This document shows, piece after piece, positions 54,296 to 64,000 of a stretch of DNA of 64,000 nt. The DNA lies in contig CM114271.1 of NCBI GenBank assembly GCA_050084515.1, forward strand, positions 16,554,001 to 16,618,000. Direction: 5' to 3'. Source of the DNA: Blasia pusilla (taxonomy: Eukaryota). Made by a program: the position numbers and the translations under genes. The notes under the pieces were generated by a model that did no database searches, was not told where the DNA came from, and saw only the letters and a program-made list of their open reading frames with translations. Position 1 is the first letter of the stretch. Each line of letters opens with the position of its first letter.

Positions 54296-55479
54296 GATGT
54301 TATCCCACCATGGAGAGCTCTGACAATTAGAAGGAACTCCAAGGTGATTTCGGAAGTTTCATCTGCTGGCATTTTTGCACAAAGTCTGGCTTTTCTCTAG
54401 GTGGCGTGGATTCGCAAATGCAACCAAGCTCCCTGTACTAGATATGTGACCTTTGATTTGAGCTGGAGATACATATATATTCATACTGTCAAATGCTTGG
54501 CTCTTATGCTTCCACCTACCTGTCACCTACAGTTTCTGCCCTTACTCACCCAAACTTGACTGAAGCAAGTAAGGCGTATACACAAGAGAGCCATTCAATA
54601 GGGTGCTGCTGCATCCTCTCCTATATGGCGGAGGAACCGTGTGGAGTTACTGCATCATCACATCATGGACCAAAGATTACTTTGTAAAATTGTCTCTTCC
54701 AGGGGATGAGAACTCCTAGCTATGAAAAGACTGATATAGTGTTCATTACATCAGCTACTAATACGGCGACATATGACTTAGCATCAGGTTATTATTTAGA
54801 TTTTAGGATGTGATACTTCTGAAGAGTCTGATGACCGGGTTTCACTTAGAGTGGCCTTTATTTGTGTACAGGTGGCATTGAAAATTAGAATGTCGTCACT
54901 ACTCAAGAAAATGTTTATACTTGATTTACTGGTTATGGTTCTCATCCCAGTAACAACACATCTCGAGAAGTCTATGACTCGTGCTTGCTTGCCGGAAATG
55001 CTTCTTGAGTTTGTCCAGATACTGGCACAGGCTTCGTTTTTTCTGAGTATCAGCACAATCTTGTGAAATCTCTCTCTCAGGCCGAGTCTTAAGCTTGTTC
55101 GCCATGAACGTATGTTGAGCATATCCAGATGCTGGCACAGGTTTCTTTCCCTCCCCAGATGCGTGCAAGCCTTTATTTTCACCGGTGTATTGCACGCATA
55201 ATAACTGTATGTAATGCAATTTTCTTCAATCTCTGGAGTAACAGTGCAGGAAATGTACTTGCCATGAACAAAAATCCAGCTGTGTTTCCTCTATTTTAAA
55301 AGTTCTTTAACGTATGCTTACTGGCCCAAGCTCACATGAGGAGAAGGTGCCCTCTATTACATTGAATATGATTGGCCTCCAACCTTGGCAGATGTCAGTT
55401 GAGGAGGATGTCTCAACCTTCCAAAGTGGAGGGGTGTCCACCTGTCCGGGTAGGAGTTGAGAATTGGTTCGATTGGTGG

Positions 55480-55850
55480 TTAGTTGGACATGAACGGTCG
55501 GAGGGAGACCCAAAAAGTGGAGTCGCTGTCAATTCCAGACAACTTCCCGGCGAAGGAGGTCTCAAATAGTGCCGAACATAGATAACAATTAACATGTGAC
55601 GTGGAAGGAGGGAAGAGGACCCCAAAGGCGGAGGCGCAGTCAATTCCATACACCTCCCTGTCGAAGGGGTAGGGTGAGGTCTCAAAGTAGAGCCGAACAT
55701 GGAGAACATTTATCATCTGAAGGTGAAGACGTGGAAGGAGGGAAGAGGACCACAAAAGTGGAGGCGCATTCAATTCCATACAACTTCCTGGGGAAGGGGT
55801 AGGGCCGATTCGGTCGAACATGGAGAACATTTAACATATGAAGGTGAAGT
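55480..55850. repeat. Three diverged ~110-130-bp direct repeats
   Basis: Recurring GTGGAAGGAGGGAAGAGGAC...CAATTCCATACA...GAAGGGGTAGGG...GAACATGGAGAACATTT. Confidence 0.75.
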
Positions 55851-58384
55851 CGTGGTCTCAAGTGGAGCAGAAATCCGGATAGGGCACGTGTAACTTCCAA
55901 TATTATTAGGTGGTTGGAAAACACGAAACTCCTGACTGGAGGAAGAGGTCTCGAAGGGAAAAGCTGAAGTTAAAAGAGAAATAGGTGATTCCAATTAAAA
56001 GATTTGAAAGTGGAGTGATGGATAGGGGAGAAGATATGGAGCCAAGAGAGAAGCCAAGATGGAAATCAAACTTTAGACTTCACTTATTGGTTTGTGAAAT
56101 TGTCTCTACAAATGTAAGATGAAAGAATTGGGATCTGAAAACTTTTAGTGTATGCTTTCCTTTTTCCCACATTCATTCCAAAAGAAATTAATTGAATTTC
56201 CTTGTAGCAAGTGGGGATTGTAGATTCCCCTTGGATGACAAGATCATGAAGATTGCGTTATTAGAGGTACAATATCAATTCCAAGTAAGAGATTATTGGA
56301 CTACCTCGACAAGCCCCAATCTATCTTTTATCATGTGGGAAGACATGTTTGAACACGAAGAATGCTCAAAATATTTTCTTGTTAGAAGATAGTTGGGGGA
56401 GTAGAAAATTTGAGCATTCCTTTTGGTCCAAAAAGTTTATTTTGAGCGTTCTTCTTCATAGTTGAGGAATAAGAGATCCTATGAAACTATGAGGATCTAT
56501 ATGAACAAATTGCGTGTGGGAAGACATCTTTAAATAATGGATAACTAGTAAGGTGCATGGCACAGGAGAGATGAAGGGTTTGTTTTCAAATCATCATATA
56601 GATGATGAAGTGAGTCGTGAGAAAGAAAGGCTTTTAGAGGATAGAAGATAGAGGCTACAAGAGCAATAGGAAGGAACAAAATCAACCCTAAATGAAGAGG
56701 AGAAATTAGTAGTAGAATGGAATTTTTTCTTTTTTTTATTGAAAACTAAAGAAAAAAATAAAAAGTTAGAAAAAAGATTGAAAAAGTTAGAAGAGAGTGG
56801 TCAAAATTAGGGTGGGAGGAAAAATTGGAGAAAAAATGGTTCAGAGAGGGTTTAGTTTTATTTTCTAAATTTTAAATATAAAAAGCCTAAGTTCGGTTGC
56901 CCAAACCTAGGCCTAACCTAGTCTACCCAACCCAACCCCTCGTGCCGCACTTGCCGCCTCCACACGTCCAACGGCCCTCTCCCCTTGACCTAGATCTAAA
57001 GGCCTACATTTGGCTCAAAGATGCCCGCTCAAATTAGCGGCAGCCGCCGCAAACCATTCCCCGCTTTCTCCTACCCCCTCCGCTCACCACAAGCTCCGCC
57101 ATTCCCCTCGCTCCTGCCTTTGCTTTTTGGTTCCTATCTCCAAGCCCGCCTAGTTCGTGCTCCCTCGTGCTGCTGTGCGCTCCTTGAGAGCTCTTGGCAC
57201 TCGAGAGCCCAGTGTACTCAAGGGCTCTTTGCACTGTCTTTCTGCTTTTGGCCTGGTCGTGCTCGTGCTCCGTTCGCAACGCGTCCTGAGAAACTACCCC
57301 ATGTGCGCGTGCTCTGTTTGTGTTGCTCTCAGGATGCACTCGAGAAGGAGGTCTGTGTTTGCAGGCGCAATCCTATTGCCATGGCTTCATCAGGAGGGCC
57401 CGGATCCAGCTCATCACCTTTCTCTGTGGCCAAGCTGGGGCTAATCCGAATGTTTGCTAAGCGCCTTCTCTATCCGAGAATGGTAGTGACGTTGCCTTGC
57501 TGCCGCAAGCATCGAGAGAGGGTAGATCCACGCTCTCCTGCGTTGTCGCTCCACCTAGTTTGGCTATCCTCCGTCGGCTGCCTGGGTGGACGCGCTAGAG
57601 AGCGCCTGGTTTGCTTTCCACTTTCCCTCTCGAGCACGTCCGTCCGCTCTCCCTTTCCTAGTTTCTAGTTTCCCTCTCGAGCACGTCCGCCCCGCTCTTC
57701 TCCCTATTTCTCGGCTCTCTTTTCCCGGATTTGCTGTCCTTTACTTGCATTGAGCTAGGGGTAGAGTTTCAAGGGTGCACATAGTTGCAAGGCTCCAACT
57801 GCACCTTTGCTTCCATGCAAACTCGCAGCGGACGACCACTCTCAAGACGTGTTATGGAGCAGGACTTGGCGCCTATTGCGCAGAGTGCCGGGAGGGAGGA
57901 ATACTGGGGTGACTTTTCTAGCATAATCCTAGTGCGCTGATTGTCTTGCCTTGCCTAGCCTAGAGAACCAAGTGCGATTGGGCTTCAGGTTTGTTGCATC
58001 TGCTTGCAGAAGTTGGTAATGTTTGTCCGAGACGTTTGACATGATTCATACATGTACTCTAGAGTACTCGAGTTGAATAGTTGGCAGGGAGAGGCCGAGA
58101 TAACAGTCATATACATGTCATCTCACAACACTCATTGCCAAGAACCTTTCATTCTCAAGTAAGCGTTACATGTGTGTAGATTGCTATGCTACCTCTGATC
58201 TGTGGAGTTGGGTCTTCCTAGCTGCCAAGTGAGAGCACAATTTGAATATTTACTACAACACCTTTCCCCTTTCTCTCTTTCTGAGGTGACTTTTCCGTCG
58301 CATGAGGATCTGATTTCCCTTCCCTTGTGTAGACTTCTCTGTTGTGATTCTCATTGCCATTCTGCTCCGTTCTGTGCAGTGGTT

Positions 58385-58640
58385 GAGAATGGTCGCACGG
58401 TTGGGAGTAGTTCGAGAAATTTTGGAGCTCAAGCTGAACTTGAACGTGGAGGGGCACTTCAAAGCTGGTGTTGGTGCAGGATCTCCTACCGACGCGAGAG
58501 GAGACTGTAGGAGTTGTTGGTGCAAAAGGAGGAACAGGGGTAGTTCGAGAACTTATGGAGCTCAAGCTGAACTCGGACCTCGAGGGGCACTTCAAAGTTG
58601 GCATTGTTGCAGATTGGAGTTGCTAGACCGACGTGCGAGG
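58385..58640. repeat. ~130-bp direct repeat x2
   Basis: GTAGTTCGAGAA.TT.TGGAGCTCAAGCTGAACT...GAGGGGCACTTCAAAG.TGG at ~58407 and ~58540. Confidence 0.75.
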
Positions 58641-60438
58641 AGATTGCAAGAGCTGAATCCGAACTTGAACCCGAAGACAAAGCTATTCAATGATTGGTCG
58701 ATTTCATGGACTGCAGCAAGTAGATTGACTGATTTAGTAAAGCTTCATGAATAATGCACTCAATAGTATACAGTAGTGTTCTAAGATCCCTTACGCAGCC
58801 TACTATAGAGTTGTCCTCTGACATGCAATGAGATTTTCGTATCAGTGCAAAACACCAGTAGAGCTTTATAACCGACTAGAGAAAGCAATAAATCTCAGCA
58901 GCTTAAGCCTCTATGGCTTGTGGAAAACGAAATGCAAAAGCAAACCTCACCTAAGCAATAGCTTGGAGTGCGCACGATGAAGGAAGTCTGTTTATTGGAT
59001 GCACACAATAAATACAGTGTTGTGTAAGCTCCTAAACCCTAAGCAAGGCTTTGGTAACTCTTCAAAAAATGAGAGGGTAATCACATGGACGGATATCCCT
59101 GGTTAGATCATAATTGTCACGAAGAAAGAATTTGAATATTTAAAAAAAATGCAACGTTAGAAACTAATGCGGCGAATCCACGGATACCTAAGAGGTTAAC
59201 ATGTGAGAAAACCGCGCCCGAAAGGTTCACCTGCGAGGAAAACGCACCCAAAGATGTACAATGGCCACATGTCAAAGGTGCAAGGGTTGGCACTGAGTGA
59301 GAGACGACGCGGCTAACATATCCTTATTGGCGTTAAATGCCATGTGTCAAGATGACAAGGGTTTGCAGTGCAAGAAGGCACTCTCAAATAAAAGTACAAA
59401 TATGCTATTTGGAATGTTATAAATTTAAGTTTAAAAATGAGAAAATGCAACTGCTTCATTAAGAAGCCAAAGTTTAATTTCAGGCTCAAAAGTAAGAAAA
59501 TGATATTATACTTATGTAAAGTTATGATTTCATTATGACATACAAAATTTTTATTTTATTTACTTTTCTAACTTTTTTTTCCATTGATAATTGTGGTAGA
59601 ATGGGATTTTTCTTTTAATTACATGAATCTTCTTCTAGGAAGTGTAGGGAATCAAGGAGATATAACTTCAGATGCTAAATCATCCATGATAGCTTCTTCA
59701 TTACTAGATGGAGGATGCACAACTTATTGACAATTTAAGATTCGTTGGTATCCTTCAAAAAACTTCTATTTGGAAGTATGAGTCCAAACCTCATAGTTGG
59801 AAAGTTGTAGAAAGCGCATCATAGAAATAAAAACTGGCTTTTTGTGAAGTCTCTCTCTCTCTCTAAATCTTGTTAGTTTTGGTCACTATGTCATATGGAA
59901 GTTTAAGCATATAATCTCTCAAATCTAAACTTAGAGATATGCAACCTTCGTCCACATCTAATAACGAGTTGGTAAAACCATGTCAGTGGAGAGGTGTAAA
60001 GAAAAACAATGAATTACACTTTCATATATTTTGAGAAACACAATGACAATAAACAGAGATATCATGCCTTCTACGTCGACATAAGCCCAAACTTGAGATA
60101 TCCGATATAGATTCACATCCTTAATAATAAGCCTTTCCCCCATAAAAAGAGTGGGGGAAAGAAATGCTAATAGCATTGTGTTAAAATCCCAATAAACAAA
60201 ATTTTTTACATATATGTTGCTTACAGGAAAATTTTTTGATAAAATATCCTATAATTTAATTTTTAAAATTAGAGCTAATACTATAATTTTCTTCTAATAT
60301 CATAAAAAAGTAACACTTTTATAATATAGATTTAATAAAAATTGGACAAAGAAAAAATTTAGAAAGATATGTTATTTTTATTGTGCATAATAATAAAAAT
60401 AACATAACTTCAGGTTATATATAGAGAGAGGTGATTAA

Positions 60439-61048
60439 CATTGGAACAAACCAATTTCTTACATGAGTGATTACTTTGTTTTACTTTCTGCGGGGCGGGT
60501 TTATGCGCCGATTTTATGTTATTAGGGTAATTCGTGCTATTTCGGTTCTAAATTTTATTATTATTAATTTTTAAAAATTTTGAATATTATTTTTAATTAA
60601 ATTTTACTCATTTTACTGATTAATATCAAAAAGAAAAGAATTTATAAAATGAAAAGAAATTTTCCAATAATAATATAGATAAATTAAAATAATATTTTTA
60701 TATTATGCAAGATCTTTAGAAAGAAATGTTATTTTCTTTATTATGCATAGATCTTTAAAAAAGGTCTATGTATAATATAAAAATATTATATTAATCTATC
60801 TATATTATTATTGGAAAATATTTTTTATTTTATAAATTTTATTTTTGATATTTAATAATTTTAATCAGTAAATTTTAATTAAAAATAACATTCAAAATTT
60901 TAAAAATTTATTAATAATAAAATTTTAAAACCGAAATAATACGAATTACCCTAATAACATAAAATCGGCGCATAAACCCGCCCCGCAGAAAGTAAAACAA
61001 AGTAATCACAGTAAAATCACACATGTAAGAAACTGGTTTGTTCCAATG
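60439..61048. mobile_element. Foldback/MITE-like element with ~270-bp inverted arms
   Basis: CATTGGAACAAACC...TTTCTGCGGGGCGGGTTTATGCGCCGATTTTATGTTATTAGGGTAATTCGT has a reverse complement ending at 61048; AT-rich arms continue to a short centre (~60710-60770). Confidence 0.8.
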
Positions 61049-62665
61049 GGGTGGGGACTCGGGGAGAGGTGGTGTCTTCAGGTTATATATAGAAAGAGGA
61101 AAAGAAGTTATTAGAGTTTTTCCTCATTTCACGAGCTCCGAGTGATTGTTTGTGCGGAGAAACTGGAGTCTGGGCAAAGAAGGGATGCAACGCCGGCCAT
61201 TGAGATCGACGGATTGTAAGGGAACACGTAAGGCACGGCAGAACGGCTCTATTGACCGTCCCTGTGCAAGGGGCCCGGAGAGCATATGCCCAGCATTTTC
61301 TAGATTCTCACTCCTTGTCCGGCAGCCGTCGATCGGGACATCGTCGATGGCCTTCTCAGTCGACTGTGGACTTGCGAAGGGCGGATAAGGAAAATCTCAA
61401 CGGAGTGTCTCATGAGGTGAATGAATGAATGACTTGCCATTCGTTCCGTCCGGATGGAAACTCCAGACGGAGCGAATGGCAAACCCATTCATTCCGTCTA
61501 TCAAATGTGGTAGGTTCGCTTGTAGCCAAACGTCAAGCTGACCCATGTTACACATAATAAACTTCTTACACGTCATCTAATTTGGGATGACACGGACGTT
61601 CCTTCTAAAGAGAATTTCTTTTCTTCTTTTCCCAAAGCCATGTTATTTAGGTAATTTCTCTTATATTATGTTAAAAATAATAATGTTTCTTTTTCTTAAG
61701 CCATATTCATTCGTCTTCTTTGGTTGGTACTCATGTTTCAGTGTACAAAGAACATACACCCGGTTGTAGGAGGCTTTCTCCATTAATTCTCCAGTTCCTT
61801 TCTCTCCGACTTGTTCTTGTACGGGTACGAAGGGTTTATTCCAGTTTTTTTCGTCATGTGGGATGTATGTGGTCGAAGAATGGGGCGGACCTCAACGAGT
61901 CGCACAAGATTGGAACTTGGAACGCAACAAGAGTGATCATGGATGAGAACCGAAACGATCCCATCGAGTAAACATCGCGAGGGCATTTCTAAGCGGAGAA
62001 CAATTAAACCCTAAACGGGCACGTCGTATTGGTGCCGTGTATGGCTCGGGGGCCGTCCACTCCACTCCATCGGCACTACAGAACGCCGGAGTCGTGACTT
62101 TATCACTGCAGACCAGACCGTCGTTTTGGCGTTTCCCAGTCGTGCGAGCTCGCGAAGCGAAACGTAGTCGACCTCAGTAATCATCCGATTACTGGGTCCT
62201 CGAATTGGGCAGTACTATTATTATGACGGGAAAGTCGAATTAGGGGTGACTGGCTGGCTCGCTAGCTGTTGCTCTCTGTTGCTTTCGTCGTCCCAGTTGT
62301 CCGGCTGTTGGGAGGAAGAGGGTGGGGGGGTTGGGTCGGGGGCAGTGCGCCGCTAGCGCTTCCTTGGTTTAGAGACTGAGGTGAAGAGAAGAGAAGCGAG
62401 GGCGGCAGGCGAGGCTGCCTTTGAGTGATTCGCCGGCCATCGACAGCGGATGGAGACGGAGGGAGCGGAGGTGTTCGGATGTGTCGATGACCGACGAAGA
62501 GAAGATGTAAAGGATGACTACGGGATCGGGATCTGAGGGCCGATGGACATAGAAGGCTGGTGATTGGTGAGGAGGAGGAGGGGCGGGAGGAATGCTGTAG
62601 AATTGCGCGTGGGAAAAAGAGGAGAAGATCACAGGGGCGCTAGGGGCGTGGAGTGATTTGTGGAA

Positions 62666-63445
62666 ATGGAAATTCCAGAGTGCTTCAAGGCCATGCTGAA
62701 CGATTCGCCATTGTTGTGGAAGTCGGTGGCTATGTTTATGGTAGTGTATTTGTTTGGGTATTGGGTGATTTTCAGGAACTGGAAGGGCAGGCCTCGATAC
62801 GATGCAGCGAGTTGCGGGATATCTCTTGCGCATGGAACGCTTGTGGCTCTTTTGGCAGCGCAGGACATTTTTTCGACGGAATGGAAACTGGACGCGGTTA
62901 ATAGCGATAGGCAGAAGAAGATCATGGAGTACAGCATGGCCTACTTTATTGTGGACTTGATGAACTACATGTACGCCGCTCCGGATGACTTCCTTTTCAT
63001 CGGGCATCACATTGCCACTCTCACGTATATGTTCTCCTGCCGTTATTACACGGGCTATGGTGCTACTTCGGTCATGTGCCTGATAGCGGCCGGTGAGATA
63101 ACTAGTCCTGTGCAAAATGTGTGGACTCTGGCGCGAATGGCCCGGACGGAGTCTCCTTTGGCAAAACGAATTTACATTTCCTTGTCTCCCTTCTTCACCT
63201 TTTACTTTACGCTTGTGCGCGGAGTCTTCGGGCCCTATTTGGTTTATGAGCTCGGGAAATTCTACCTGGTAGGGAAGGCAGATGCCGTGGTGCCAAGGTG
63301 GCTGGCGTATTCGTGGATGTTCAAGATGTCGTTTGCCATTCTTGGGAGCATTGTGTGGGTGTACAAACTTTGGGTTGGGTTGGCCAAATTCTACAGCACG
63401 AAACGGGAGAGGCAAGTCGAAGACGCCACGAAGAAAGCTGCGTAG
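62666..63445 (+). CDS. TLC (TRAM/LAG1/CLN8) domain membrane protein, intronless
   Basis: Intact 259-aa ORF with multiple TM segments; AASCGISLAHGT, YSMAYFIVDL, FIGHH, GEITSPVQNVW, FYFTLVRG motifs. Confidence 0.92.
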   Translation: MEIPECFKAMLNDSPLLWKSVAMFMVVYLFGYWVIFRNWKGRPRYDAASCGISLAHGTLVALLAAQDIFSTEWKLDAVNSDRQKKIMEYSMAYFIVDLMNYMYAAPDDFLFIGHHIATLTYMFSCRYYTGYGATSVMCLIAAGEITSPVQNVWTLARMARTESPLAKRIYISLSPFFTFYFTLVRGVFGPYLVYELGKFYLVGKADAVVPRWLAYSWMFKMSFAILGSIVWVYKLWVGLAKFYSTKRERQVEDATKKAA

Positions 63446-64000
63446 TCCAAATCGCTCCTTCCTCATGCTCAAGAGCAGTGTCATGTATTGCGAGAGCTCC
63501 TTCCTCCTACATTTAAAAGTTCTTTTTGCATTCGTTTGGCATCACTCGTGTGATCCCAACTCACACATGGGTGCCATCTATTCGACAGATTTGCCTCTCG
63601 AGGGTCGATTAGGGTTTGTAATTTTCTATGGAGGCACCGACTTGCATTGTCTTGGAGAACGCTCTGTAGACGCTGTGACTATGGTATCTGTCGAACTGCC
63701 AACACCTCCCAATTGTCTTGCTTGCTAGGTTTCATCTCGGAGAGAATTGAGCCGGCCTTTAGGACGATTCAATGCCCTGGAGGAGATGGCGTAGTTCAGA
63801 GTCCCCCCCAAGGCCACCTTTTGGGTTGGCGAGGACTCGAGATTGCCAGGGAGTGTCCGCGATGCGAGTTGCACTGTCCTTGTCTAGATATCGTGTACAG
63901 ATAGACCTGGCTGCGTTTGCTGGATGTATGACAGGAATTGGAAGATTCTTGAAAGACATTTTCATTTGATTTTACGAGGGTCCATCGTCTGTAAATTGCG

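Noticed and set aside
56100-56700. Possible Harbinger ORF1-like remnant (FEHEEC...)
   Set aside because: Only a few residues resemble the motif; too degenerate to support.
57021-57668. 215-aa ORF
   Set aside because: GC-rich, low-complexity and no domain; probably LTR/UTR-like repeat DNA.
62369-63484. 371-aa minus-strand ORF
   Set aside because: Antisense shadow of the TLC gene with no recognisable motifs.

Overview
Repeat-rich eukaryotic nuclear DNA, most likely from a land plant or streptophyte (spliceosomal introns, tRNA-iMet-primed LTR elements, plant-type host genes; a non-seed lineage is a guess). About 1-48 kb is nested, mostly decayed transposons: a Ty3/Gypsy element inserted into a second Gypsy whose polyprotein carries a C5-cytosine methyltransferase domain; a 5'-truncated LINE ending in (CT)n; an EDM2-like PHD-finger pseudogene next to a Mutator-like terminus; a Copia with two nested insertions; and a second MULE transposase. 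The most striking feature is an apparently complete 12.76-kb Mutator-like element (23812-36571, 9-bp TSD, degenerate termini). It encodes a WRKY/GCM-MULE-SWIM transposase and, divergently, a large ParB/Srx-like plus beta-class amino-methyltransferase-like protein. Its introns and intergenic DNA hold most of about 40-45 copies of a 27-bp palindrome (GCAACCCGTCGGA-N-TCCGACGGGTTGC). Two intact host genes lie at the right: a 5-exon sucrase/ferredoxin-like gene and an intronless TLC-domain gene. All domain calls are by-eye motif recognition; no searches were run.
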